From positions 1 to 45,842 of the forward strand of contig JASJQH010000025.1 of NCBI GenBank assembly GCA_040143965.1: 45,842 bases of DNA, written 5' to 3'. Both the position numbers and the translations under genes were made by a program. Origin of the DNA: Basidiobolus ranarum (taxonomy: Eukaryota). This document shows positions 1-11,578 of this stretch, one piece after another (the stretch's first letter is position 1; each line of letters starts with the position of its first letter). The notes under the pieces were generated by a model. That model did not search any database. It saw only the letters and a list, made by a program, of their open reading frames with translations, and was not told the origin of the DNA.

Positions 1-625
1 CTTGTAATTCACTAAGATATTATTCATTATTCTCAATCGGAATTTACTTAGAATGCTTTTACCAACTTAGAAGTTCTCAGATATATAGATCTTTTCAAAC
101 TTGTGCTAGAAGCCCCAAACTTTGCGCACATGTTCCTAGGACCTTCTTTAATACATTCTACATGTTTGTTTATTTACATCCTGACAAAACTATATATGTC
201 AACTTTGTACTCAATAAATCAACAAGTGAAAACCACCAATTCCTCTAATTCCCCAAGCCACTTCCAACAGGCTCCCAAATACTTTAACAATATAAAAAAT
301 ATTCTCAACAAGCACTTTGTGAATTGTCAAGCTAAAATGTAGCCAGTCTACTCTTGGTAAAACTGAAATGCTTAAAAGCTTTCAGAGTCTGAAGGAGAAC
401 ATTGGCACTTTACTTTCCCAGAGACTTGCAAATTATTAAAAATTAAAAAATATTTAATATCTGAGAAACTTTTCAAAATTCATAAGTATTATAAAAGCTA
501 GAATAGGCTGTGTTATAAAGTTGGAAACAGTGTCTCTTCTTCAGATGTGTCAAAGGTCAGAGATCTGACCTTTGCAAAATTTGGGCAAGCCCAATTCTTC
601 CCATATACTAGTGACTTGAATATAT

Positions 626-774
626 TGTGACAGAAGGATGTGTATGGGGGATTGCATCCCCCAAACCCCTTGCTTTCTTTTTATACTGGGAGGACTGTGT
701 CCCCCAGAACCCCTCTTTTCATCCTTACCCTTACCAGAACATCTATACCCTAGATATGATCCAGTTTTGTCACA
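626..774. mobile_element. Short non-autonomous element (MITE-like or solo-LTR-like) with TG...CA termini
   Basis: Ends TGTGACAGAA (626-635) and TTTTGTCACA (765-774) are inverted repeats with 1 mismatch. ATAT flanks both sides (622-625, 775-778) as a candidate 4-bp TSD. Internally there are two degenerate GGGGG-n-CCCCC-AAACCCC hairpin units. Confidence 0.55.
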
Positions 775-967
775 ATATCTTAGAAGATTGATGTCTTGAT
801 TGTCACTTTGTTTAGATTAGTATATAAACTAAGTAAAGTCCACACCACCTGGTGCTTTTCATCCCCCTAACCTACGAGATCGTAACAAATACAATTATAT
901 GATCAAGTAATAAGCAATCTAGTTGAAGATATAAAGATGTTTAATCGTTATTTCCAAAACTGGCTAA

Positions 968-2068
968 TTATTCAAAGAGTACAATACAGCCCATAGCTAT
1001 GATACTAATCAACATCCAAGGTTTTTCAAGTAGAAAAAGTAGTAGTAAGATAAAACGATTAGCAAAATAGGCTTTTCCTAGTTCAATTAAACATAATGTA
1101 CTGTGTGCTATGGCTTCTATATTTATACCCAAAAAAGCTGCTATCATGCTCAAGGGGACAGGCGGTTCTGGAAAGATCCCCTCAACTCCAAAGTCCAGTA
1201 ATCTACCAGTTCCGTAAAATGCACCAAATTGTAAAAATAGGTAAAGTACGGAACCTAAGGCTTGTTCAATCTGATACCAGATCAATACCTTCCTGCGAAC
1301 AGAGTCTTTGGAATCAGTAATCTTTTCCAGGTAAATATCCTCATTAACTTGGCTCACTGTTCCGATTGTATTGAAATCCTTGTGCAACGAATGGGGGTCT
1401 GATTCCACGGTGACAAAAACTGGGGCAATGCACTTACCCGAAGAGTACAGTAATGGGATGAATATGCTTGGGGGAAACATGAACTGTGCCGTGTAACTTT
1501 CTGGTATATAGCGGAACATCCAAAGACAATAAGTATACTTACTGATGACATATGCCCAATACAGGGTAAAGATAATAAAGCACGTCTTGGTAGTAATGGA
1601 GGTATCCTTAGTGATACGACTCTGAGAGATGCAGATCTTGTGCTTTAGTAGAAGCGGCACATCTTCTTTGTGGATTTTAGTCAATACTTCGCATTGTGGT
1701 GGGACACAAACTATAGGCCTTTGGAAATAAGACAGAATGGATTTTTTCCAGGATGTTGCCTCAAGGCAGATTTCGTTTCTGTTGATTAGGTGAGCTGACC
1801 TGGTCTTTGGGCACACATTCACCCAATATCCAGTTCCATCGTAGGCTGATCTCAAGGCAGACTCCACATGACTTTGGTTATCTTTTGCCCACCTAATTTC
1901 CACAAACTTGATGATCATGTCTCTAACAGCGATCATTGGAAAGAAAAAGGCCATAAGGTATACAGTGATCAGCCTGCCTACACCAAAACCCTCTGGGACA
2001 TTCCAGATTCTTCCCAGTGTATACCACTCTAGAATTCTCACAGACAAGGTTAGAACAATAGTTATCAT
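968..2068 (-). CDS. Uncharacterised multi-pass membrane protein, intronless; possible 1-nt frameshift near the 5' end
   Basis: 366-aa ORF with several hydrophobic segments and no recognised motif. An upstream ATG at 2123 (MLYIIRLVVQLFLLPIFA) would join in frame if one C near 2069 were removed. Confidence 0.5.
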   Translation of the reverse strand: MITIVLTLSVRILEWYTLGRIWNVPEGFGVGRLITVYLMAFFFPMIAVRDMIIKFVEIRWAKDNQSHVESALRSAYDGTGYWVNVCPKTRSAHLINRNEICLEATSWKKSILSYFQRPIVCVPPQCEVLTKIHKEDVPLLLKHKICISQSRITKDTSITTKTCFIIFTLYWAYVISKYTYCLWMFRYIPESYTAQFMFPPSIFIPLLYSSGKCIAPVFVTVESDPHSLHKDFNTIGTVSQVNEDIYLEKITDSKDSVRRKVLIWYQIEQALGSVLYLFLQFGAFYGTGRLLDFGVEGIFPEPPVPLSMIAAFLGINIEAIAHSTLCLIELGKAYFANRFILLLLFLLEKPWMLISIIAMGCIVLFE

Positions 2069-2620
2069 GGGCGAATATTGGTAGTAAGAATAGTTGCACT
2101 ACCAGCCTTATTATATAGAGCATTAACTGACCGAGTATAACATGTACGTAAGATTAGCTACAGAGACGGCTACGGAGCAACAAATGATTATGGTGTTACT
2201 TTTCAGGACCTTGTGCAACAGTTTGGCCCCATTTCCAGAAAAGCTTCATGATTTGGTGTTAGACCTTAACCAATCAAGGTACTGGTAAACAAACATAAGG
2301 CTGGACTGATCAATTAATTATGTGTCAGTAAGAACATTCTCTCTGAGCACCAAGAATGTCCATAATACCATGTGATTGGAGACTGCCATATAGTACGAGA
2401 AATAACGCCTAATAACGATACTTCTGGTCACAATTCGGTCCACGATCTTACCAGTAGAGTTATCCATATTGAGATAGACAAAGGGTTAGGGTTCTGGTGT
2501 ATGGTTGTAAACAATGGGTTAGATGTTGGTAAACAAATCGCCGAGTACAAAACTATAGTGTGATATGGATGCAATGTAGAGCAGTTATATATATACATAA
2601 TAGGCAACATCAATTAACTA

Positions 2621-2654
2621 CACTAGTCATTCAAACCCACTAGTCATTCAAACC
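2621..2654. repeat. Tandem duplication of a 17-bp unit
   Basis: cactagtcattcaaacc x2. Confidence 0.8.
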
Positions 2655-4569
2655 CTGGCAGGAAAACTAATATCTCTTATTTCTTAATGTCATAACACCA
2701 ATACAGCTAACCATAACCATTTTGCATGCTAAAAGTATGTCTTCGTTTAGTGCGTTAAGTGTATAATTGAAGTTGATAATATATTTATAATATCACACTT
2801 AACTGTGAAAAAGCTAATGCTTGGTAAGACCAAGGTTTACCTCACATGAAGGGTTGGAATAATGTGGTTGAACTTACTTGCCATGTTCTTCTTGACAGAA
2901 TATTTGAAACCTATCCACCGGAGATACATAGTTGGACTACCGATAATTTATTAATAACTCATCTTGTTACATTGCTGCTATCATGTTTGTCGTTGGTCAG
3001 TCTTAGCACCAATTCTCTTTTTGTTCAGGATTTCAAGTAAATCACAATAGATAGCTATAGTTGATCTTTGCTATATTGTACTATTCAATTCCGCAAGCTG
3101 TCAATTTGAATACTATCTTTCAATACTCATCAATGTGCAGAAACAAAGAGGGTACAATTTAGCTCGTGTATATATGGAAAAGAAATGTCCTCATGCAATT
3201 TATGGAAAGGAACTTTATTGTTTTGCTGAATATGGGCCATTTCGGAGTGGAATGTTACATGATTGAGGAGAACCTGGTTGAGTTAAATGCAACTGTCATG
3301 ACAACTTATTAATTCAGAGATTACTTGTTAGCTTTAATGATACCTTCTCTCATTATGTTAGCCTACTGAATCCTTTGTCAGTAGCCTTTCATGCCTCGGT
3401 TCTTGTATACAATTCCTTGACTTCATACATAGCACTATTTGTTAATACTGGATAAACCGCGTTTATACTGTGCATACCCTGCTTGAACCCCCATCTTTCG
3501 ATGATTCTTGTGGTGCTAGGGAGTACCTTTTTTCATACGTGGAAATGAATATTCCAACAAGGGTAAATACTCTATCTATATTTTGAGCAGCACTCTTTTA
3601 GATTCCCTAGTGGGGGTAGGGTACTCCTACCAACTATGCAAGCAAGCAATAGAATACCATCATCATCATAGCAAAAATTTCCATCTTAATATTCCACTTG
3701 TCTTTTAAGCAGACTAAAGCTGCTTTGCTGAAGCATTGAAATTGTACCCATATTAATATCTGAGTTCATGGCCAAAGCCACAGCTTCAACTACTTATTTC
3801 TTTGCTTATGTCAGTGTACCAAGACTCAATCCTAAACGAAATTAAGTACTGCAATAAAAAATATGCGAACCATGTGAACATATGGAAGATATTATATAGC
3901 TGATCATAAACAGTTGCTACCTTAAGCCTGAAAGAACGCTAAAGCATTACAGTAGTGAAGCAGGTTTGTAAGCCTGATCAGATAATTGTTAAAAATGGAA
4001 ATAGATTTGCATTTTGCTCACTTCCATCTTTCCTAGTCATGTCAGATAGTATCTATATAGGATACTGTGCTACCACTAGAGCTAAATAGACACCTAACTA
4101 GACACCCGCTATCAACCTAATACATCGAAAAGCTAAATCCAAAAGCAAATTTAGTTTCTTACTTAATATGTTAATGTTGATAAGCAATTAATTCAAACAT
4201 CGCTTATCAAAATAGACAATGGCCATACTCACAATTATAATAACATTATACTCTACTACCCTGATCCGAAGGCTGATTCAAAGGATTTACACTCATGGTA
4301 GAGAAGCACCGCAAATTGCTAATTGGCAAATACTTACGGTAAATCTCTGTGACTCCATAATCAGCCACGGTAACTAGGAGTACTCTTCTTATCCTCTGTT
4401 CATCAATATGCAAACAAAGCTCAGTCTGTCACAGTTGCACAAAATCCACCAATTCGCACCACCTTCCACAACCTGTGACGTTTTTCATCGAAGCAAGACA
4501 AAGATGCACTTTGCAAGTAGCGGTATTTGTATTGTACATTAACACGCTTGCTAATTTTGTAGGTAAAGT

Positions 4570-6813
4570 ATGCTTGACCATGAACATACATCACTAGCAT
4601 TAGCGCAACGTTGCAGCGGAGTACCAGATGGTACACCATTATTCAGTTCTCTGTTGAATTACAGGCATAATGAATTACCATCAAATGGAGACACTATAGC
4701 TTCTGGTATCGAAATCCTGAGAACTCAAGAGCGTACGAACTACCCTTCCATGCTATCAGTCGAAGACTACGGCACTGCGCTGGGCTTAACAACTCAAATA
4801 GTACAGCTACTCAACCCGTCTCGCATGAGCGACTATATGCATCAGGCACTAAGCAACTTAGCTAAAGCGCTTGAACACACGCCTAACATACCAGTTCGAC
4901 AATTAGATATACTTCCTGTTTATGAGCGTGAGTTATTGCTCGAGACATGGAACGCCACGAAAGCACCATATTCAGATCGCCAATGCATTCATCAGTTGTT
5001 TGAGGTCTAGGTCAAATGCAATCCTGACGCCACAGCCTTAGTATATGAGAATGAAGTGATGAGCTATTCTGAATTAAACTCACGTTCCAATAGCCTTGCT
5101 CACCAGCTTATTGAGTTAGGTGTTCAACCAGAAGTATGTGTAGCAATCTGTGTTGAATGATCATTAGCCATGATTGTGGGATTGTCGGCTATCTTGAAGG
5201 CAGGTGGCGCATGGCCTCTCTCACTTGATGGTAGCAGTGATCTTGTTCCTATTGGCCGTCCAATCCTAAACACTTGTATTTACCTGCTGGACGCATATGG
5301 TCAGCCAGTTCCACTGAGTGCGGTAGGTGAGTTGTACACTGGTGGAGTTGGCGTCGCACGTGGATATCTGAACCGTCCTGAATTGACTGCTGATCGATTC
5401 CCGCGAGATCCATTTGATAATTGCAAGGACGCTCGGATGTGCAAAACTGGTGATCTGGCTCGCTACTTGCCCGATGGTAATCTGGCGTTCCTTGGCCGCA
5501 ACGACGAACAAGTTAAAATTCGAGGCTTTCGAATTGAGCCTGGTGAGATCGAGTCACGCTTGGTCGAGCATCCGCTTGTGAATGAAGCTATTGTTATTAC
5601 TTTAGGGGAGAATATAAACAAGAGGCTGGTTGCGTACATCGTTGCCAAACCCTATGAGAAACTCGCTAGTACACTTCGTGCGCACATTCTGGACCGGTTA
5701 CCCGATTATATGACGCCTTCTGCTTTTGTACGCCTTGATGAGCTACCGTTGGCACCTAACGGTAAGCTCAACCGACGAGTATTACCAGCACCGAATGATC
5801 AGGCCTTTGCCAACCAAACATATGAAGCACCGCAGGGTGAAATCGAGAATGCGCTAGCAGATATATATGCTGGGTTGCTCAATGTCAAACTTATCAGCCG
5901 TCACGACAGCTTCTTTACTGTTGGTGGGCATTCGCTACTTGCCATACAGATGATCGGTCGTATTCATACTACTTTGGGTATCAAGATCGCTCTCAGCACT
6001 GTTTTTGAGGCGCCTACCATCACGGAACTAGCACATCGTTTAGCAATGCCAAAAGCATCCGAAGGCGACTCATTTGCAGTCATGCTTCCTCTCAAACCAA
6101 AAGGTACTCGCTATCCTCTTTTCTGCGTTCATAGCGTTATTGGACTGAGCTGGAGTTATATTGGTCTATCTAAATATATCAGTGTGGATCAACCTATCTA
6201 TGGCCTGCAATCTCGTGGACTCAACGGTACTTCAGCACTTGCAGAATCAATCGATGCTATGGCATCCGATTATATCAGCCAAATTCGCCGTATTCAACCT
6301 AAAGGACCTTACTTCCTGTTGGGCCGGTCGTTTGGAGGCAGGGTTGCCTTTGCCATGGCTACACTACTCGAACAGCAAGGTGAGAAAGTGGCTCTTCTAG
6401 CTATGCTGGATTGCTTTCCAGAAGTCCCTCCGCTAAGTGAAGAGCTGGATAAAAACCAAGAGGCTGGTCTCATTAAGTTTCTTGATCGTTTTAGTAACGA
6501 AAGATTCCCAGATGCTGGTGAATATTTGTTGAATATAACCCTCGATATCATCAAAAATAACTTTCACATTGGAGAGAACTTTACCCCATCTGTTTATGGT
6601 GGTGACGTTCTTTTCTTTCGTGCTACGATAGTGCATGCTGAATTCGCTTCACTAACCCATCCTGATTTATGGAAACCTCACGTTCTCGGAAATATTGAAG
6701 TACATGATATCCACTCCACACACGTAGACCTGGATAGACCCGGGCCAACCGCAGAAATTGGGCCAATTCTAGCTCGAAAGATGGAAGACTTACAGAAGAA
6801 TTTCCTTATCTAA
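4570..6813 (+). pseudogene. Decayed bacterial-type NRPS terminal module (end of C domain, partial A domain, PCP, thioesterase)
   Basis: All parts lie in one reading frame. C-domain end HEHTSLALAQRCSGV...PLFSSLLNYRH; A1 MSYSELN; A2 ILKAGGA; A6 GELYTGGVGVARGYL; A7 KTGDL; A8 GRNDEQVKIRGFRIEPGEIE; A9 LPDYMTP; A10 NGKLNR; PCP FFTVGGHSL; TE GRSFGG. In-frame stops TAG 5008-5010 and TGA 5158-5160. Motifs A3-A5 are missing at ~5211. No introns. Confidence 0.92.
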
Positions 6814-7635
6814 GCTACTCTAGAATCCATGAGTTTACAATTGCGTAGAAATTAATGTGTGAGGTATCATATTTTCGAATATGAACAATGAGCAATGAAT
6901 GCCAGAGCTTATCTATTGATTCATAGTATATATTGCCACTAGATCAACATACTTCACTTTACATCGTATGTCATCAGCCACCGGCATTATAGTAATGAAA
7001 TAAAATTGAATTAGCGGATTTGCTTCAACAGAATAAAAGTACCTGTGTGTATTCTTTAAAATTCCTCAAAATTCTCTTATTATTATACTGAAAAGTCCAG
7101 TATTTTTTATGTATTTAATCAATTCAAAAAGGTGATGCGACCGAGATTTAGACAGCAATGAATATCGACTCTAGACGTAGCTACACAAGATTATTTCTTT
7201 TACCTCAATGATAGCTGTACTCCTATTTAATACTGGCATTATCTTCAAGCACCGCCGGATTAGAGCCAATTCCTACGATCACATCGAATCAGATCGTTTA
7301 TCATCAGATACTGCTCCACTTCGAACGTCTGTGGTAGCATCTAATATAGTATCTTAATATCATCAGTTCAGGGCCACAATCAGTTATAAAGAGCTCTTTG
7401 ATAACAACCTTATGTATTAGATATATGCTTAACTACTCCTAGTAATTTTAACAATTGATGACCCTACATACTATCATTATGGTGCCCTCCTCCAGTACAG
7501 CAATGGGTTTACTAACTGAATAATTAATGCGCAATAATGATAAAGTATGGTTTATAGTTGCCATGGTTACAAATTATTTATATTCATTCAAAAACTGCAT
7601 GATGTTGACATAAGTTGGAAATAAATAAAAATAAG

Positions 7636-7707
7636 TGCCTACTGCCGGGATTGAACTGGCGACCTTCAGTTTACGAGACTGACGCGCTACCACTGCGCTA
7701 AGCAGGC
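7636..7707 (-). tRNA. tRNA-Thr(CGT)
   Basis: Minus strand reads GCCTGCTTAGCGCAGTGGTAGCGCGTCAGTCTCGTAAACTGAAGGTCGCCAGTTCAATCCCGGCAGTAGGCA. It has a 7-bp acceptor stem, anticodon arm TCAGT-CTCGTAA-ACTGA, a TTCAATC loop and a downstream T-run. One A-C mismatch in the T stem. Confidence 0.93.
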
Positions 7708-7873
7708 TTGAATGAAAATGAGGTTTTAAAATTCAATGTAATCCCTACTTTTTATTAAACAATTATTGGTAATTATAACAGTTTATGGTAAGAAAAGATG
7801 ACATGTAGATTATTATTTTATTGACTAGTAGTTTAAAATACAAAGAAATAGTACAATACAGTTCTGTGGTCAT

Positions 7874-8743
7874 TTAGTGACGATTTCCAATCGTTGAACG
7901 CCATGTACGGGCTCGCTCGAAGCCATTGATTCCCATATGATAGTCGGTAAATGTGCGTTGGATATCACTCGCATGATTCATGACAAATGGTCCATATTGA
8001 ACAATTGGTTCCTTGATCGGCTCACCAGCTACGAGTACAAAATGAACCGCCTTCTCTTTGGTCTCTATGCTGACTGCACCACCCTCTTCACTGAGTGTCA
8101 ATGTGTAGTGTGCTTTCCCTAGTGTATTTTTGGAACCAAAGTAACCTTCCCCTTCCAATATATATAGGAAGCCCTGGTAACTCTCTGGGATGACTTGCTC
8201 AAATTTAGAGTTCTTCTCTACCTTAAAGTCAAGATACATGGTCGGTGTCTTGGTGACTACGGGACTACTAACTCCAAAGGAATTACCAGCAATCACTTTG
8301 ATCACTGCGTTAACCCCTGGTGGTGATATTCTTGGAATTTCCTTGTCCAAAAGCTCCTGGTAACGTGGCTCACACATTTTATCAGCGGCACTCAGGTTGA
8401 CCCATAGTTGAAGACCTCGGCACTTAGTTTGTGGCATCTCCGCATGCACAATACCACGACCAGCAGTCATCCATTGAAGATCCCCCGGTCCGATTTTACC
8501 TTGATGGCCTGCGAAATCTTCATGAGCAACTATTCCGTCGAGCATATACGTAACAGTCTCAAAGCCACGATGTGGGTGATCTGGAAATCCCGCAGGAGGT
8601 TCGACCATAAATTCGTCCAGCATTAGGAAAGGGTCGAAATTTTTGAGTGCACTAGTTCCGATGCTTCTTCTAACTCGAGCACCGTCTCCTTCAGATTGAG
8701 CAATAGCCTCTACTTTACTCGTAACATATCTTTGAACTGTCAT
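7874..8743 (-). CDS. Pirin (bicupin, iron-binding), intronless
   Basis: Motifs EGDGARVRRSIG, DPFLMLDEF, GFPDHPHRGFETVTY, QWMTAGRGIVHAEMP, LQLWVNL and EPIVQYGPFVMN. First ATG at 8743. Confidence 0.95.
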   Translation of the reverse strand: MTVQRYVTSKVEAIAQSEGDGARVRRSIGTSALKNFDPFLMLDEFMVEPPAGFPDHPHRGFETVTYMLDGIVAHEDFAGHQGKIGPGDLQWMTAGRGIVHAEMPQTKCRGLQLWVNLSAADKMCEPRYQELLDKEIPRISPPGVNAVIKVIAGNSFGVSSPVVTKTPTMYLDFKVEKNSKFEQVIPESYQGFLYILEGEGYFGSKNTLGKAHYTLTLSEEGGAVSIETKEKAVHFVLVAGEPIKEPIVQYGPFVMNHASDIQRTFTDYHMGINGFERARTWRSTIGNRH

Positions 8744-10802
8744 AATGTATAAGTGGGTGTGTAGAAATTTCAAGATTCGATTGATGAAACTTTGCTTTTG
8801 ATCCAAGCATTTTATACTTTTTCGGTCTCGGAAAAACTTCCTAATCAAGGTAATTTATCAATATCCAATTCTGGATATATTATTCCGTCACTTGATCCCC
8901 CGGAAAAATGAACATACTAAATTGCTTACAACGCATCGATGTAAAGCATTTATTTTTTGTTATGGCCCAACATATTATTAATCACTTTTAATATGTTCAT
9001 TTCTAAGAATTTTTTGAATCGCTTGTTAGATTATCAATTGATGTGTAACTAAATCCAAATATCATCTGGTCTACTGACGTTTAACATGAATTAATATTTT
9101 GCATTTCTATAGGTGAAGCATACTGGTCACTAGGTATTTTACTCTCTTCTACATGGTGAGAGATTGCTAGCAACGTTATGTAAATAAAGGCAAATCTATG
9201 ATTGGTTTCTAGCGCATTTGGTTAGTTTGTACGAAATTAAGTGAACCAACATCAAACATTAGTCATATGATTCTGGACAAACTATTTGTATATACTCTCC
9301 AGAGTTAACCCAACTAGCAATTATCAACATTAATTTGATACAAACATATTAGAAAACCTAAGTGAAGCTGATTTAATCGAAAATTAGGAATATGATCTAC
9401 CAGTTATCAAATGCATACCCTCTATATATCATTAGCATACTCCATGTTTGCGCCAATAAGTACTGCTGCATACTAATAATAAATAAGGCTTTTGGAAAAA
9501 ACTATGATAAGTAAACTATGGCAAAAATCAAATAAACTTGTACTAATTTTAGAGATGGGATTGCTAGCCAAGTATAAAGCAGTTGACGTACATTCAATTG
9601 AATATTTCCACGGTTTGTCAAGTATATTATCTTGGCTAAAAACGAAACATATGATATCTATGTGTAAACAATTGAGGTTATGATGCTTGAGAGCACTACA
9701 AGAGCCAGGCTTTAAGACAGGGATTTCTTACCATTTAAGAGGTAGACTTTACTAATTGTTATTTTCAGCCAATTTTTCTTTAGATAGGCCCCACGTGTGC
9801 AAAGAACTATCCGTGTGAACTAGTACTATCGCTAGGAGTTGATTCCAAAGTTTGATGAACGCGTCCGTACCAAAAACAAAATTCCTGGTAATACCCCGGG
9901 CTCTTTAGGATGTCCAATTAATGTCATGATTAATGTATAAATAATTGGCCATTTACAAAGGGAAGTGACATTTTCTGTGGATGGTCTGTGTATCCTATTA
10001 TGCTGTTACTGTCAGAGTATTTCATCAGAGGGATGGCGAACAAACTGCCGAAGAACTAGATCTGAAGAACTAATCTTCAGTCTCACGAAATGTATCCAAC
10101 TATGTACAACTAGCGAGCCATTCTTCCTATCAAAGCATTCTAAAGTCATCAAAATAGCTTGTGTTACTGCTCTGATTAGTTACACCAAGTGTACTTTCAA
10201 TAGACTTGGAAGGTCGCCATGCAACTTAGTTTGTTGCTAGGACTGGTCTCTCCGCATTACCTAGTGGAGTCTCTGACGTTACATATTTCATTAAAAATTC
10301 CAGTCCCATCTCAAGCGCAATATTAACTCTGAGCACGTGACACCTATAAAAGCAACATTAACTTTTAATACTTCTTGCTATATTTGTATATTCTCTACTT
10401 AGACTCTTCGCTTGTTACATTTCCCAGGCTATTCTTCATGTTCTGGATCGATATAGGAAAATCATCGACTGAGGTGGATAAATGGCTACTGTATATTGTT
10501 TATTTAGATGCTGCTTCGAGCCTTGGCTAATGACATCCATCATCTCTGATAACTTCCCCTGACCAGCATTTCTTAGAAGTGATCTGACCCCTCAGACCAC
10601 GATGTTCCTGGATCAAGTGCGAATTTAATTGGTAGGCACATAGAATGAAAATATTCTTCGGTCATTTGGCCTCCCCTTATTTAGGCATAACATTTCGCAG
10701 CCGTTATATTAATTTACTAAATTCAGCACTATCTACCTTAAAGCTGTTCAACTCTATTTGCCCTAAAGCTTTTCCACTCTATTCTAAATTTTTACCTTCA
10801 AA

Positions 10803-11578
10803 ATGGACAACGTAATGACAGGATATCAATATTTCCACGGAGGTAAAGCCTCTCCAGGTTCAATAATTATACTCGAAATGAAGGACATTCTAACCATGAA
10901 TTATCTAGATTATACCACGATATACTTTTTTTTCTCTAGCTTTAAACTTACCTCCATGAGTGGTCTGATGATAGCCTATATTTGTACAGCACTGATGTGC
11001 TTGGGGGAAAGAAGCTGCTCGTACTTCCTTGAAACATATCAATATAGGTAAATCTATTTCTAATTCAAGCATCAAATCACTCACACACTAACAAAAAAGT
11101 AGCGCTTCTTTTCGTAAACGAGATGTGATAATAAAAACAAGTGGTTATGTACTCGCTACCACTCTCCGTTACTTAATCATGTTGTTAATCATGAGTTTTC
11201 ATTCAGGTATTTTCATCATTACGGTAAGCAGAACCATATACTCCAAGGGTACTTCTTTCCATACTGAGGTAGTTTGTTATTTATTTAAAGGTTCTATCCC
11301 TTGGCTTGGGTCAATGTGTCATTGAATATATCAAGGCGAGGTAAATTCAAGTGTTTATAATATAGTGAACCTTCAAGTGAACTAAAATTGGTTAACTACT
11401 CAAGTAACACAACACATCTACCTATCCATGGCAGTGATGACAGACATTATCAATTATCTCCAAGTACGGATAATTTCCCAGAATTCAGTAAGAACTCAAG
11501 CATCGAAGGTAACGCAAGAGTAGGAAGAAATTTTACTCAGTATCTCCCATTAACCTTTACACTGATATAGCAGCATAA
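10803..11578 (+). CDS. Ctr-family copper transporter (spliced)
   Basis: Exons 10803-10842, 10909-11047, 11103-11223, 11291-11340, 11405-~11508 and possibly 11571-11578 join in frame. TM2 has the MxxxM motif (YLIMLLIMSF) followed by TM3 (VLSLGLG). The 3' end is uncertain. Confidence 0.8.

Noticed and set aside
1-500. Possible LINE/zf-RVT remnant (ORF 103-342)
   Set aside because: Too degenerate; no diagnostic RT or Cys-His motif is intact.
7280-7370. TGATGA...CTGA boxes on the minus strand
   Set aside because: No recognisable rRNA or snRNA antisense element and no terminal stem.
4570-11578. NRPS + pirin + Ctr as a metallophore gene cluster
   Set aside because: The NRPS is a truncated relic, there are no tailoring enzymes, and the neighbours are ordinary housekeeping genes.
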